This document shows positions 31,605-45,995 of a DNA stretch of 64,000 bases, one piece after another. Under the pieces are notes generated by a model that was not told the DNA's origin, made no database searches, and saw nothing but the letters and a program-made list of their open reading frames with translations. Source of the DNA: Escherichia coli O127:H6 str. E2348/69 (GTDB taxonomy: Bacteria; Pseudomonadota; Gammaproteobacteria; Enterobacterales; Enterobacteriaceae); NCBI RefSeq assembly GCF_000026545.1, contig NC_011601.1. One strand, 5' to 3'. The number at the start of each line of letters is the position of its first letter. Within the stretch, counting starts at the first letter, position 1. Both the position numbers and the translations under genes were made by a program.

Positions 31605-32612
31605 GTGAGAAAAACCAAACGCGTTACTATTAAAGACATTGCTGAACTGGCGGGAGTGTCGAAAGCAACCGCCAGTCTGGTTCTCAATGGTCGTGGCAAA
31701 GAGTTACGTGTTGCGCAGGAAACGCGTGAGCGTGTGCTGAGTATTGCCCAACAGCAGCATTATCAGCCCAGCATTCATGCCCGCTCATTACGGGACAACC
31801 GCAGTCATACCATTGGTCTCGTCGTTCCTGAAATCACTAACTACGGATTTGCAGTATTTTCCCATGAACTGGAAACATTGTGTCGGGAAGCGGGCGTCCA
31901 GCTCCTCATATCCTGTACTGATGAAAATCCTTCACAGGAAACAATGGTGGTGAACAATATGATTGCCCGCCAGGTTGATGGGTTAATCGTCGCATCCAGT
32001 ATGCTGCATGATAATGACTATCAAAAACTTAGCGAGCAATTACCTGTTGTGTTGTTCGATCGCCACATGAACGGCAGTACATTGCCATTGGTCATTACTG
32101 ACTCTGTTTCTCCCACCGCCGCTCTGGTGGCAGATATTGCACGGAGTCACCCGGATGAATTCTATTTTCTGGGCGGACAACCCCGTTTGTCACCGACTCG
32201 CGATCGACTGGAAGGATTTACACAAGGCTTGCAGCAAGCCGGAGTAACGCTACAACCTGAATGGATTATTCACGGTAATTATCATCCGAGCTCAGGCTAT
32301 GAAATGTTTGCCGCGCTATGCGCTCGTTTAGGACGTCCCCCTAAAGCCTTATTCACTGCCGCTTGTGGATTACTGGAAGGCGTTCTGCGCTATATGAGCC
32401 AATATAATTTACTCGACAGTAAAATACACCTGGCGAGTTTTGATGATCATTACTTGTATGATTCACTTTCGGTAAGAATCGACACAATACAACAGGATAA
32501 TCGCCAACTTGCTTTTCACTGCTTTGAACTTATTTCGCAACTGATTGAAGGTGAAACGCCATCCCCATTACAGCGTTATCTTCCTGCCAGTCTACAAAAA
32601 CGCTACCGATAA
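31605..32612 (+). CDS. scrR: LacI-family sucrose operon repressor
   Basis: 335-aa ORF with a GTG start and N-terminal [26 protein letters not shown]. Confidence 0.9.
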   Translation: MRKTKRVTIKDIAELAGVSKATASLVLNGRGKELRVAQETRERVLSIAQQQHYQPSIHARSLRDNRSHTIGLVVPEITNYGFAVFSHELETLCREAGVQLLISCTDENPSQETMVVNNMIARQVDGLIVASSMLHDNDYQKLSEQLPVVLFDRHMNGSTLPLVITDSVSPTAALVADIARSHPDEFYFLGGQPRLSPTRDRLEGFTQGLQQAGVTLQPEWIIHGNYHPSSGYEMFAALCARLGRPPKALFTAACGLLEGVLRYMSQYNLLDSKIHLASFDDHYLYDSLSVRIDTIQQDNRQLAFHCFELISQLIEGETPSPLQRYLPASLQKRYR

Positions 32613-32629
32613 TCCCGTCACTATCTTGC

Positions 32630-32659
32630 ATCGCCCCTGTAAAACGGGGCGATTATTTT
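32630..32659 (+). terminator. intrinsic terminator after scrR
   Basis: ATCGCCCC-tgtaaaac-GGGGCGAT followed by TATTTT. Confidence 0.65.
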
Positions 32660-32696
32660 CATCCTGAACGTTAAATATTAATGATGAATAATCAAA

Positions 32697-33368
32697 TCAG
32701 GCAATATTCAAATATTTATGTGTCTGCATCGACAAACGCCAGTTGCGCGCAATGCAGGTATCGATACATAAACGCGTAGCATCTTCCTTCTGGCTAATTG
32801 GCTGAAGTGCAATGACTCGCGGTTTATCATCGGTCAGCGTCGCAAGCAATTCATCCAGTGCTTCGATATCACGTACGCGTCCAACTGGGTGTTTGATTTC
32901 GTTAGCTCGCTCCAGGGCTTGCGACAATACTTCATAGCCGCCGCGCATGTTCAGCTTTGGCGATACGGTAACCCAGGTATTCGGTGTGCAGCGTACCTCA
33001 TGAGTACCACTGGTTTCGATCTGGCAGCTAAAACCGTTCTTTTCGAGCAGGTCAGTCAGTGGCAGCAAATCATGAATGCAAGGCTCACCACCCGTAATCA
33101 CCACGTGACGCGCGGTGTATCCCTGACGGCCAATGACAGCCAGCAAATCTTCACTGCTCGCCGCCCCCCACTTATCACTCTCTTTGGTCTTCGCCAGAAT
33201 GCTGAAAAGGGAGACTTCCCGATCCTCAAGCTTTTCCCAGGTGTGTTTGGTGTCGCACCAGGCACAGCCAACCGGACATCCCTGTAAACGAATAAAAATG
33301 GCGGGGACGCCGGTAAAGTAACCCTCACCTTGCAGGGTCTGGAACATCTCGTTAATCGGGTACTGCAT
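32697..33368 (-). CDS. queE: 7-carboxy-7-deazaguanine synthase (radical SAM)
   Basis: 223-aa ORF with a radical-SAM cluster-binding motif CPVGCAWCDT. Confidence 0.94.
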   Translation of the reverse strand: MQYPINEMFQTLQGEGYFTGVPAIFIRLQGCPVGCAWCDTKHTWEKLEDREVSLFSILAKTKESDKWGAASSEDLLAVIGRQGYTARHVVITGGEPCIHDLLPLTDLLEKNGFSCQIETSGTHEVRCTPNTWVTVSPKLNMRGGYEVLSQALERANEIKHPVGRVRDIEALDELLATLTDDKPRVIALQPISQKEDATRLCIDTCIARNWRLSMQTHKYLNIA

Positions 33369-33661
33369 AGCATTCTCTGTGAAGTGGATAATTGTTAATT
33401 ATTGCAGATCTCGCCGCAATATTCATGCTTTATTAACATTCTGTTACAGGCAGGTTTAAAGAAAAAAGCGAAACATATCGTTAATAATAAAAGGGAGTGA
33501 CATATTATGTCAGAAAGAAATAAAGTAAAGGGATTTTATCATGTCAAAAACATTCACCATAATTATATTTATCTTTTCTGTATTCATTTTTAATTATAAC
33601 GAATCTCAAATTACCGATACCGCCGTCAATTTATTTATCCAGCTTTAATAGGACATTTATA

Positions 33662-34534
33662 ATGCGCTATTTCATACTAATATTCACACTCGTGTGTTCC
33701 TTTGTTGCAGCCCAACCAACTATTGTCCCACAATTACAGCAACAAGTTACGGATCTTACGAGTAGCTTAAACTCACAAGAAAAGAAAGAACTGACGCACA
33801 AGTTAGAATCTATTTTCAATAATACCCAAGTACAAATTGCTGTATTAATTATTCCCACAACCAAAGACGAGACAATTGAACAATATGCTGCAAGGGTTTT
33901 TGACAATTGGCGTTTAGGAGATGCCAAACGCAATGATGGGATACTGATCATTGTTGCCTGGTCGGATCGCACTGTCCGCATCCAGGTAGGTTATGGGCTG
34001 GAAGAAAAGGTAACCGATGCTCTGGCTGGCAATATCATCCGTAGCATCATGATACCCGCATTTAAACAACAAAAATTAGCTAAGGGATTAGAGTTAGCTA
34101 TAATCGCTTTGAATAACCAACTCACTTCACAACACCAATATTCGTCTAATCCTTCAGAAAGTGAATCAGCGTCTTCCAGTGATCATTACTACTTTGCTAT
34201 TTTTTGGGTATTTGCAGTGATGTTCTTCCCTTTCTGGTTTTTTCATCAAGGCAATAATTTTTGTCGGGCATTTAAAAGCAGTGTTTGTATTTCAACAGTC
34301 TATCTTATAGATTTATTCCTGTTCTCCGATCAAACTTTTTCCATTGCTGTATTTTCCTTCTTTTTTGCTTTCACCACCATTATGGTCTTTACCTGTTTAT
34401 GTGTACTTCAGAAAAAAGCATCTGGTAGAAGTTATCATTCAGACAACAGCGGTTCCGGTGGTGGCTCAAGTGGCGGCGGATTTAGCGGCGGGGGCGGTTC
34501 TTCTGGCGGTGGCGGCGCGTCCGGTCGCTGGTAA
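33662..34534 (+). CDS. ygcG: TPM-domain membrane protein with glycine-rich C-terminus
   Basis: 290-aa ORF with a signal peptide, a TPM/phosphatase-like domain, TM segments and a [27 protein letters not shown] tail. Confidence 0.88.
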   Translation: MRYFILIFTLVCSFVAAQPTIVPQLQQQVTDLTSSLNSQEKKELTHKLESIFNNTQVQIAVLIIPTTKDETIEQYAARVFDNWRLGDAKRNDGILIIVAWSDRTVRIQVGYGLEEKVTDALAGNIIRSIMIPAFKQQKLAKGLELAIIALNNQLTSQHQYSSNPSESESASSSDHYYFAIFWVFAVMFFPFWFFHQGNNFCRAFKSSVCISTVYLIDLFLFSDQTFSIAVFSFFFAFTTIMVFTCLCVLQKKASGRSYHSDNSGSGGGSSGGGFSGGGGSSGGGGASGRW

Positions 34535-34543
34535 CTCAACCAT

Positions 34544-34574
34544 AAAAAATGCCAGCCCGAAGGCTGGCATTTTT
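34544..34574. terminator. bidirectional terminator between convergent ygcG and eno
   Basis: AAAAA-ATGCCAGCC-cgaa-GGCTGGCAT-TTTT. Confidence 0.8.
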
Positions 34575-34593
34575 AAATCAGATAAAGTCAGAC

Positions 34594-35907
<1,314 letters not shown>

Positions 35908-35937
35908 TCACTAGTTAAACTGAAACTCCAGACAAAC

Positions 35938-35960
35938 AACGCGTACCCAGGGTACGCGTT
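35938..35960 (-). terminator. palindromic hairpin between pyrG and eno (partial terminator or processing site)
   Basis: AACGCGTACCC-A-GGGTACGCGTT, an 11-bp perfect stem 20 nt after the pyrG stop with only a weak U tract. Confidence 0.45.
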
Positions 35961-35979
35961 GCCGTTCTAACTTTTTTAC

Positions 35980-37632
<1,653 letters not shown>

Positions 37633-37844
37633 TTAGGTTGAAAAGACGATGGAATAACCAGGACGGGAAAGCAGTATACCCGAACATGACCTGTGCCACA
37701 AACTTTCATTATCCCTCCTCTTCGCCAGCGCACTATTGAAATCAGGAGTGAGAAAATAGCCCCTTTGGGGTAAATGTTTTTGACGCAAATCAAGCGCTTG
37801 TCATTTAAAAAATGACACAAATCGCGCTTGACCGCGTAATTCCC

Positions 37845-38636
37845 TTAGAGATCAATTTCCTGCCGTTTTACCTGTTGCCAGACTTCTTCCATTGTTTCGA
37901 GGTCAACACCTGTCATTTCCAGTCCACGCGCGGCAACAATACGCTCCACTTCGCGAAAACGACGCTCGAATTTTTCGTTCGCTTTTTGCAATGCGATTTC
38001 CGCTTTTGTCCCTAAATGACGAGCCAGATTGACCGTGGCAAACAGCAGGTCACCCATTTCCTCCTCCAGTTTAGCCTGGTCGACAACAGCCTGCCGCGCC
38101 TCGTACATCACCTCGTCGATCTCTTCGTAGACTTTATCGACTACCGGACCAAGCGTCGTCCAGTCGAAACCAACGTTGGCGCAACGTTTCTGGATTTTTT
38201 GCGCACGCATTAAAGCCGGTAAACTACGAGGAATATCGTCCAGCGCCGAATGCTGCGCTTTCTGCGCGCGCTCTTCGGTTTTGATTTGCTCCCAACGGGC
38301 AAGCACTTCACTACTATTTTCGGCAGAACTGTCAGCAAAAACATGCGGATGGCGACGCTCTAATTTATCGCTAATAGCAGCGCAAATATCATTAAAGTCA
38401 AAGCGCCCTTCTTCCTGAGCCATTTGTGCGTAAAACACCACCTGGAACAGCAGATCGCCCAGTTCACCGCGCAGATCGTCAAAATCTTCACGGGCGATGG
38501 CGTCCAGCACCTCGTAGGTTTCTTCAAGGGTGTAAGGCGCAATGGTGGCAAATGTCTGCTCTTTATCCCACGGGCAGCCGTTTTCCGGGTCGCGCAGGCG
38601 CTGCATGATGGTGAGCAAACGGTCGATTTGATTCAT
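37845..38636 (-). CDS. mazG: nucleoside triphosphate pyrophosphohydrolase MazG
   Basis: 263-aa ORF with tandem MazG domains. Directly downstream of mazF. Confidence 0.95.
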   Translation of the reverse strand: MNQIDRLLTIMQRLRDPENGCPWDKEQTFATIAPYTLEETYEVLDAIAREDFDDLRGELGDLLFQVVFYAQMAQEEGRFDFNDICAAISDKLERRHPHVFADSSAENSSEVLARWEQIKTEERAQKAQHSALDDIPRSLPALMRAQKIQKRCANVGFDWTTLGPVVDKVYEEIDEVMYEARQAVVDQAKLEEEMGDLLFATVNLARHLGTKAEIALQKANEKFERRFREVERIVAARGLEMTGVDLETMEEVWQQVKRQEIDL

Positions 38637-38707
38637 TGAATTATCCTGAAAATTGCGGGTCCGTCAGGTGGAAACCTGTGACCAGAATAGAAGTGAGTTA
38701 GTAACAC

Positions 38708-39043
38708 CTACCCAATCAGCACGTTAATTTTGGCTTTAATGAGTTGTAATTCCTCTGGAGCAACTGTTCCTTTCTTCGTTGCTCCTCTTGCCCGCCAGGC
38801 GATACTTTTTACCTGATCAGCTAACGCTACGCCATCACGTTCCTGACCGGATAGAACAACTTCGAACGGATATCCTTTTGATTGCGTTGTACAAGGAACA
38901 CACAGACACATACCTGTTTTGTTGTTGTACATGAACGGACTCAGGACAACAGCCGGACGATGTCCGGCTTGCTCGCTACCTTTTGTCGGGTCAAAATCAA
39001 CCCAAATCAGATCGCCCGTATCGGGTACGTATCGGCTTACCAT
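38708..39043 (-). CDS. mazF: type II toxin MazF (ACA-specific endoribonuclease)
   Basis: 111-aa ORF starting [19 protein letters not shown]-like N-terminus (here ...PDTGDLIWVDFDPTKGSEQAGHRPAVVLS). Confidence 0.96.
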   Translation of the reverse strand: MVSRYVPDTGDLIWVDFDPTKGSEQAGHRPAVVLSPFMYNNKTGMCLCVPCTTQSKGYPFEVVLSGQERDGVALADQVKSIAWRARGATKKGTVAPEELQLIKAKINVLIG

Positions 39044-39291
39044 TACCAGACTTCCTTATCTTTCGGCTCCCCCCAGTCGATATTCTCGTGGAGGTTTTCC
39101 GGCGTGATGTCGTTGACCAGTTCAGCAAGCGTAAATACGGGCTCTTTACGCACTGGCTCAATAATTAATTTGCCATCCACCAGGTCAATCTTCACTTCAT
39201 CATCAATATTCAGATTGAGCGCCTGCATTAACGTAGCCGGGATCCGCACCGCCGGTGAATTTCCCCAACGCTTTACGCTACTGTGGATCAT
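39043..39291 (-). CDS. mazE: type II antitoxin MazE
   Basis: 82-aa ORF starting [27 protein letters not shown] (AbrB/SpoVT fold). Its stop overlaps the mazF start. Confidence 0.96.
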
Positions 39292-39316
39292 AACCCTTTC
39301 CTCAAACCGCTATCAT

Positions 39317-39354
39317 ATGTAGATACAGTATATATCAATCTACATTGTAGATAC
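39317..39354. promoter_or_regulatory. mazEF promoter 'alternating palindrome' operator
   Basis: GTAGATAC occurs at 39319 and 39347, with the inverted ATCTAC at 39338, giving overlapping alternative palindromes directly upstream of mazE. This matches the published description of the mazEF P2 region as I recall it. Confidence 0.6.
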
Positions 39355-39368
39355 GAACAAGTTTCGGC

Positions 39369-41603
39369 CTAACTCCCGTGCAACCGACGCGCGTCGATAA
39401 CATCCGGCACCTGGTTGAGTTTACCCAGCACGCGACCCAGCACTTGCAGGTTGTAAATCTCAATGGTCATGTCGATGGTCGCCAGTTGCTGTTTGGTGTC
39501 GCTACGGCTGGCAACGCCAAGTACGTTCACCTTCTCGTTGGCGAGAATGGTCGTGATATCACGTAACAACCCACTACGATCATTAGCCACCACGCGGACC
39601 ACCAGCGAATATCCGGCGGAGTAGCTCTCACCCCATACCGCGTCAACAATGCGTTCTGGCGCATGGGAGCGCAGTTCCGCCAATTGTTCGCAATCGGCGC
39701 GGTGTACTGAAATACCGCGCCCCTGGGTAATGAAGCCGACAATCTCATCTCCAGGAATCGGCTGGCAGCAGCGCGCGATGTGGTGCATCAGGTTACCAAC
39801 ACCTTCTACCACCACACGACCGTTATCTTTACTGCGGTTTTGCGGCGTATAGCTTTTTTGCTGAAGTTGCTTCAGCGCGGCGGCATCCTGCTCTTCGGCA
39901 CTCGGCTTATTAAATTGCGATTGCAGGAAGTTCACCATCTGATTGAGACGGATATCCCCGCCACCAATTGCCGCCAGCAACTCGTCGACATCATTGAAGT
40001 TGTAACGCGGCAGCAGATGTTTTTCTGCTTCTTTCAGGCTGATCCCCAGATGTTCCAGCTCGTCGTCAAGGATTTGCCGCCCAGCCAGAATGTTTTTGTC
40101 ACGGTCCTGTTTACGGAACCAGGCGTGAATTTTCGAACGCCCACGGCTGGTTGTGACGTAACCGAGGTTTGGGTTTAACCAGTCACGGCTGGGGTTCGGC
40201 TGTTTCTGGGTGATAATTTCAATCTGGTCGCCCATCTGCAGCTGGTAGGTGAACGGCACAATGCGCCCGCCAATTTTTGCCCCGATGCAGCGGTGTCCGA
40301 CATCACTGTGGATGTGGTAAGCGAAGTCCAGCGGTGTTGATCCCGCAGGCAAATCAACGACATCACCTTTCGGCGTAAAGACGTACACCCGGTCGTCAAA
40401 GACCTGGCTACGTACTTCGTCGAGCATTTCGCCGGAATCAGCCATCTCTTCCTGCCACGCAATCAGTTTACGCAGCCAGGCAATCCGGTCTTCATGTCCC
40501 GAACGTGCGCCGCCAGCTGCCGCGCCCTCTTTATATTTCCAGTGTGCAGCAACACCCAACTCTGCATCTTCATGCATCTGTTTGGTGCGGATTTGGATCT
40601 CAACGGTTTTGCCACCCGGCCCCAGAACCACGGTATGAATAGACTGATAACCGTTTGGTTTCGGGTTAGCGACGTAATCGTCAAACTCATCCGGCAGGTG
40701 GCGATAGTGAGTGTGCACTATCCCCAGTGCGGCATAACAATCCTGTAAACGCTCGGCGACAATACGTACCGCACGCACATCAAACAGCTCATCGAAGGCG
40801 AGGTTCTTTTTCTGCATTTTGCGCCAGATGCTGTAGATGTGTTTCGGACGACCATACACTTCAGCTTTAACGCCTTCAGCTTTCATCTCAGCGCGCAGAT
40901 GGCCGACAAACTCTTCGATATAGTGTTCGCGGTCAAGACGGCGTTCATGCAGCAGTTTTGCGATGCGTTTGTATTCGGTCGGGTGCAGATAACGGAAGCA
41001 GTAATCTTCCAGCTCCCATTTCAGTTGCCCAATCCCAAGACGGTTCGCCAACGGCGCGTAGATATTGGTGCACTCTTTTGCCGCCAGTACGCGTTCATCT
41101 TCCGGCGCATCTTTTACTTCGCGCAGGTGAGCAATACGCTCCGCCAGTTTGATGACCACGCAGCGAAAATCATCGACCATCGCCAATAACATCCGGCGAA
41201 CGTTATCGACCTGTTCGGAGGAAACAGAATCGGTATGCGTCGCTTTCAGCTGGCGGATCGCCGCCATATCACGCACGCCGTGAATAAGGTTAACGACCGA
41301 CTTACCGACGCTCTCACGCAGCACATCTTCGCTGACTACGTTGGCATCGGCCAGAGGGAACAGCAGCGCCGCCCGCAGCGTGTCAATGTCCATACTTAAT
41401 GTCGAGAGGATCTCCACCATCTCAACACCACGCCACAATAACAGACTGGCATCCGGATGCCCCTGCGTCTGTTGCAGACAATACGCCCAGGTTTCGGCTA
41501 AGCACTCACACGACTTCTGGCTGGTAATACCCAGACTTGCGATCCATTTTTCCGGATCAAATTCACCAGCCTTATTGATATGTGCACTTCTTACCGCAAC
41601 CAT
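39369..41603 (-). CDS. relA: GTP pyrophosphokinase ((p)ppGpp synthetase I)
   Basis: 744-aa ORF with RelA/SpoT synthetase, TGS and ACT regions. Confidence 0.98.
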   Translation of the reverse strand: MVAVRSAHINKAGEFDPEKWIASLGITSQKSCECLAETWAYCLQQTQGHPDASLLLWRGVEMVEILSTLSMDIDTLRAALLFPLADANVVSEDVLRESVGKSVVNLIHGVRDMAAIRQLKATHTDSVSSEQVDNVRRMLLAMVDDFRCVVIKLAERIAHLREVKDAPEDERVLAAKECTNIYAPLANRLGIGQLKWELEDYCFRYLHPTEYKRIAKLLHERRLDREHYIEEFVGHLRAEMKAEGVKAEVYGRPKHIYSIWRKMQKKNLAFDELFDVRAVRIVAERLQDCYAALGIVHTHYRHLPDEFDDYVANPKPNGYQSIHTVVLGPGGKTVEIQIRTKQMHEDAELGVAAHWKYKEGAAAGGARSGHEDRIAWLRKLIAWQEEMADSGEMLDEVRSQVFDDRVYVFTPKGDVVDLPAGSTPLDFAYHIHSDVGHRCIGAKIGGRIVPFTYQLQMGDQIEIITQKQPNPSRDWLNPNLGYVTTSRGRSKIHAWFRKQDRDKNILAGRQILDDELEHLGISLKEAEKHLLPRYNFNDVDELLAAIGGGDIRLNQMVNFLQSQFNKPSAEEQDAAALKQLQQKSYTPQNRSKDNGRVVVEGVGNLMHHIARCCQPIPGDEIVGFITQGRGISVHRADCEQLAELRSHAPERIVDAVWGESYSAGYSLVVRVVANDRSGLLRDITTILANEKVNVLGVASRSDTKQQLATIDMTIEIYNLQVLGRVLGKLNQVPDVIDARRLHGS

Positions 41604-41650
41604 CGTCCTCTCCTTTAGGGACCAGACCTGCCGAAATCGGCAAATCGTAA

Positions 41651-42952
41651 CTATTTAACGCGCGAGAAAAGTACCATCGATTCCAGATGTCCCGTGTGTG
41701 GGAACATATCCAGCATCGCCAGTCGCGCAATGGTATATCCTGCTTTTAATAACGCTTCGCTATCCCGAGCCAGCGTTGCAGGGTTACAGGATACATAAAC
41801 TATACGAATAGGTTCCAGTTTTATAATTTGCTGCATAACACCTGCGGCACCTGCTCGCGCCGGGTCCAGCAACACTTTATCGAAGCCGTTTTTCGCCCAC
41901 GGCTGCTTTGTGACATCTTCTTCAAGATTTTCGTGATAAAACGTCACATTCTGTAAGCCATTAAGACGCGCATTCTGCTGGCCTTTTTCCACCAGCGCCG
42001 GAACACCTTCTACACCGACCACACTGGCAGCTTGTGTCGCCAATGGCAGTGTAAAGTTGCCCATACCGCAGAACAGATCCAGTACGCGATCTTCAGGTTG
42101 TACATCCAGCCATTCCAACGCACGCGCTACCATTTTTTGGTTCACACCCGCATTGACCTGAATAAAATCGCGCGGGCTAAAAGTTAAGCGCAACCCGTTT
42201 GAGTCATACCAGGGCATCTCACCAGAGACGGTTTCGAGTATCTCACTATCGGGGGCGAGATACAGATCCAGGCCTTCAGAATGCGAAAAGCGTTCCAGTT
42301 TTTCGCGATCAGCCGAACTTAGCGGTGCGGTATGGCGCAAAATCATCAGCGTGCCGCTGGTTGCCTGTACCAGTTCAACATGACCAAGATGGCGCATAGC
42401 TTGTAAGCTGCCCAGGCATGCCCTGACTTTGGGCAGCAATGCTTCAAGTTGGGGCACTAAAATGGGACATTGTTTAACGTCGACAATGTCACTGGAGCCC
42501 GCTTTGCGAAACCCCATCTGAAGTTGCTGTGTTTTCGGTAAGTAGTTCAGACTTAAACGCGCGCGACGGCGATAGCCCCAGGGAACATCGGCGATCACTT
42601 CAGAGACTTCGTGTTTCATTAATCGGGCGAGTGCCGCACTTTTGCTTCGCTGCTGTAAATCCACGCTGGCGTGTTGTTGCTGACAGCCGCCGCATACGCC
42701 AAAATGAGGACAGCGTGGCGTTTCGCGTTCCGGGCTATCGCTTAACCGGCGCACGACTTTAGCGCGGGCGTATTGTTTTTTATCTTCAGTAACAGTAACT
42801 TCCGCGTTTTCCTGTGGCAATAATCCAGGAATAAATAACGCTTTGCCGTTATGTCGTGCCACGCCCTGACCAAAAGAGTCGAGGTCGTTGACTGAAACAG
42901 TTATGATCTGACGCGTCGTCGTGCGTCGTTTTGCAGAGTAGAATTGCGCCAT
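41651..42952 (-). CDS. rlmD: 23S rRNA (uracil1939-C5)-methyltransferase
   Basis: 433-aa ORF with a TRAM domain, 4Fe-4S Cys motif ([11 protein letters not shown]) and a SAM methyltransferase fold. Confidence 0.96.
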   Translation of the reverse strand: MAQFYSAKRRTTTRQIITVSVNDLDSFGQGVARHNGKALFIPGLLPQENAEVTVTEDKKQYARAKVVRRLSDSPERETPRCPHFGVCGGCQQQHASVDLQQRSKSAALARLMKHEVSEVIADVPWGYRRRARLSLNYLPKTQQLQMGFRKAGSSDIVDVKQCPILVPQLEALLPKVRACLGSLQAMRHLGHVELVQATSGTLMILRHTAPLSSADREKLERFSHSEGLDLYLAPDSEILETVSGEMPWYDSNGLRLTFSPRDFIQVNAGVNQKMVARALEWLDVQPEDRVLDLFCGMGNFTLPLATQAASVVGVEGVPALVEKGQQNARLNGLQNVTFYHENLEEDVTKQPWAKNGFDKVLLDPARAGAAGVMQQIIKLEPIRIVYVSCNPATLARDSEALLKAGYTIARLAMLDMFPHTGHLESMVLFSRVK

Positions 42953-43008
42953 TGGCGAGACTTTCTCAATTTAACAGTGTGACCTTAATTGTCCCATAAC
43001 GGAACTCC

Positions 43009-45765
43009 ATGACCAACTACAGCCTGCGCGCACGCATGATGATTCTGATCCTGGCACCGACCGTCCTTATTGGTTTATTGCTGAGTATCTTTTTCGTTGT
43101 GCATCGCTATAACGACTTGCAGCGTCAACTGGAAGATGCCGGAGCCAGCATTATTGAGCCGCTTGCAGTTTCTACTGAATATGGCATGAGCCTGCAAAAC
43201 CGCGAATCTATCGGTCAGTTAATAAGCGTACTGCATCGTCGCCATTCCGATATTGTTCGCGCGATTTCGGTTTATGATGAAAATAACCGACTCTTTGTCA
43301 CCTCCAATTTTCATCTTGATCCCTCATCAATGCAGCTCGGCAGCAACGTGCCGTTTCCTCGCCAGCTCACTGTCACCCGTGACGGCGATATTATGATCCT
43401 CCGCACGCCGATTATTTCTGAGAGTTACTCCCCCGACGAATCGCCCAGTAGCGATGCCAAAAATAGTCAAAATATGCTGGGATATATTGCGCTGGAGCTG
43501 GATCTTAAATCGGTTCGCTTGCAGCAATATAAAGAGATCTTTATTTCCAGCGTGATGATGCTGTTTTGTATCGGTATTGCGCTTATTTTTGGCTGGCGCT
43601 TAATGCGCGATGTAACCGGTCCGATTCGCAATATGGTGAATACCGTCGACCGCATCCGTCGCGGGCAACTCGACAGCCGTGTGGAAGGATTTATGCTCGG
43701 CGAGCTGGATATGCTGAAAAACGGTATCAACTCGATGGCAATGTCGCTGGCTGCTTATCACGAAGAGATGCAGCACAATATCGACCAGGCGACGTCCGAT
43801 CTGCGTGAAACGCTGGAGCAGATGGAAATTCAGAACGTTGAGTTGGATCTGGCGAAAAAGCGCGCCCAGGAAGCGGCGCGTATTAAATCCGAGTTTCTTG
43901 CAAATATGTCACACGAGCTGCGTACACCACTGAATGGTGTTATTGGCTTTACCCGCCTGACGCTGAAAACAGAATTAACACCAACGCAGCGCGATCACCT
44001 GAATACGATTGAACGTTCGGCAAATAATTTGCTGGCAATTATTAATGATGTTCTCGACTTCTCGAAACTGGAAGCCGGTAAGCTGATTCTGGAAAGTATT
44101 CCATTCCCACTACGCAGCACGCTGGATGAAGTCGTTACCCTGCTGGCACATTCTTCTCACGATAAAGGGCTGGAACTGACGCTCAATATTAAAAGCGACG
44201 TGCCTGATAACGTTATCGGCGACCCACTACGATTACAGCAAATCATCACTAACCTGGTGGGGAATGCAATTAAATTCACCGAGAATGGCAACATTGATAT
44301 TCTGGTAGAAAAACGTGCGCTGAGTAATACCAAAGTGCAGATTGAAGTGCAGATTCGGGATACCGGCATTGGTATTCCTGAACGCGATCAATCGCGCTTA
44401 TTCCAGGCCTTCCGACAGGCTGATGCCAGTATTTCCCGCCGTCATGGTGGCACCGGGCTGGGGCTGGTGATTACACAAAAACTGGTTAATGAAATGGGCG
44501 GCGATATTTCGTTTCATAGCCAGCCGAATCGCGGTTCAACTTTCTGGTTCCACATTAATCTCGATCTGAATCCGAACATTATTATTGAAGGGCCATCCAC
44601 CCAGTGCCTCGCCGGTAAACGCCTGGCCTATGTCGAACCAAACTCCGCAGCAGCGCAATGCACGCTGGATATTTTAAGTGAAACGCCGCTGGAGGTGGTT
44701 TATAGCCCAACGTTCTCCGCGCTGCCTCCCGCGCATTACGACATGATGTTGTTAGGCATCGCGGTGACCTTCCGCGAGCCGCTAACAATGCAACATGAGC
44801 GATTAGCGAAAGCGGTATCGATGACCGATTTCCTGATGCTGGCACTTCCTTGCCATGCACAAGTCAATGCTGAAAAACTCAAGCAAGATGGTATCGGCGC
44901 GTGTCTGCTGAAACCATTAACACCTACGCGCCTGTTGCCTGCCCTGACGGAATTTTGTCATCACAAACAAAACACGCTTTTGCCTGTAACCGATGAAAGT
45001 AAGCTGGCAATGACAGTCATGGCGGTTGATGACAACCCCGCTAACCTGAAACTTATCGGCGCATTGCTGGAAGATATGGTGCAACATGTGGAACTTTGCG
45101 ATAGCGGGCATCAGGCGGTTGAACGGGCGAAACAGATGCCGTTCGATTTGATCTTAATGGATATTCAAATGCCGGACATGGACGGCATTCGGGCCTGCGA
45201 ACTCATCCACCAGCTCCCCCATCAGCAACAAACGCCGGTTATCGCGGTAACGGCGCATGCAATGGCCGGGCAAAAAGAGAAGCTGCTTGGCGCAGGGATG
45301 AGCGATTATCTGGCGAAACCGATTGAAGAAGAGCGATTGCATAATTTGTTGTTGCGCTACAAGCCTGGCAGCGGTATTTCCTCTCGCGTCGTGACGCCCG
45401 AAGTCAACGAAATTGTGGTGAACCCGAATGCGACCCTCGACTGGCAACTGGCACTACGCCAGGCAGCAGGAAAAACCGATTTAGCGCGCGATATGCTGCA
45501 AATGTTACTCGATTTCCTGCCTGAAGTTCGCAACAAAGTTGAGGAACAGCTGGTTGGAGAAAACCCGGAAGGCCTGGTTGATTTGATTCATAAACTGCAT
45601 GGCAGTTGCGGCTATAGCGGTGTGCCGCGTATGAAGAATATCTGCCAACTGATCGAACAACAGCTACGTAGCGGTACTAAAGAAGAAGATTTAGAGCCGG
45701 AGCTGCTGGAACTGTTGGACGAGATGGATAATGTAGCGCGCGAAGCCAGCAAAATTCTCGGGTAA
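43009..45765 (+). CDS. barA: tripartite hybrid sensor kinase BarA (HAMP-HisKA-HATPase-REC-HPt)
   Basis: 918-aa ORF with H-box SHELRTPLN, receiver [14 protein letters not shown] and C-terminal HPt [11 protein letters not shown]. Confidence 0.98.
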   Translation: MTNYSLRARMMILILAPTVLIGLLLSIFFVVHRYNDLQRQLEDAGASIIEPLAVSTEYGMSLQNRESIGQLISVLHRRHSDIVRAISVYDENNRLFVTSNFHLDPSSMQLGSNVPFPRQLTVTRDGDIMILRTPIISESYSPDESPSSDAKNSQNMLGYIALELDLKSVRLQQYKEIFISSVMMLFCIGIALIFGWRLMRDVTGPIRNMVNTVDRIRRGQLDSRVEGFMLGELDMLKNGINSMAMSLAAYHEEMQHNIDQATSDLRETLEQMEIQNVELDLAKKRAQEAARIKSEFLANMSHELRTPLNGVIGFTRLTLKTELTPTQRDHLNTIERSANNLLAIINDVLDFSKLEAGKLILESIPFPLRSTLDEVVTLLAHSSHDKGLELTLNIKSDVPDNVIGDPLRLQQIITNLVGNAIKFTENGNIDILVEKRALSNTKVQIEVQIRDTGIGIPERDQSRLFQAFRQADASISRRHGGTGLGLVITQKLVNEMGGDISFHSQPNRGSTFWFHINLDLNPNIIIEGPSTQCLAGKRLAYVEPNSAAAQCTLDILSETPLEVVYSPTFSALPPAHYDMMLLGIAVTFREPLTMQHERLAKAVSMTDFLMLALPCHAQVNAEKLKQDGIGACLLKPLTPTRLLPALTEFCHHKQNTLLPVTDESKLAMTVMAVDDNPANLKLIGALLEDMVQHVELCDSGHQAVERAKQMPFDLILMDIQMPDMDGIRACELIHQLPHQQQTPVIAVTAHAMAGQKEKLLGAGMSDYLAKPIEEERLHNLLLRYKPGSGISSRVVTPEVNEIVVNPNATLDWQLALRQAAGKTDLARDMLQMLLDFLPEVRNKVEEQLVGENPEGLVDLIHKLHGSCGYSGVPRMKNICQLIEQQLRSGTKEEDLEPELLELLDEMDNVAREASKILG

Positions 45766-45836
45766 TGGACGTCTTGTCGAGTAGCAACCGGATTTTTATG
45801 ACGCTGGTTTCAGATTGGTGAAAAGTGCCTGTGTTT

Positions 45837-45872
45837 ATGCCGGATGCGGCGTTAACGCCTTATCCGGCCTGC
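45837..45872. repeat. REP element downstream of barA
   Basis: ATGCCGGATGCGGCGTTAACGCCTTATCCGGCCTGC. Confidence 0.8.
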
Positions 45873-45957
45873 AAAACCAATTAAGTTCAATGAATTAAAA
45901 AATGATGTAACCCTGATACGTAGCGCAACAGGCAATTTTGCGTTTGGCATCAGTCTC

Positions 45958-45990
45958 AAACCGGCTCCAGATAGAGCCGGTTTTGGTTTT
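45958..45990. terminator. terminator between convergent barA and gudD
   Basis: AAACCGGCTC-cagata-GAGCCGGTTT followed by TGGTTTT. Confidence 0.7.
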
Positions 45991-45995
45991 CTGTC

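Noticed and set aside
34440-34531. Repetitive GGT/GGC-rich DNA at the 3' end of ygcG
   Set aside because: It encodes the glycine/serine-rich C-terminal tail of YgcG ([27 protein letters not shown]). It is coding low complexity, not a DNA-level repeat element.
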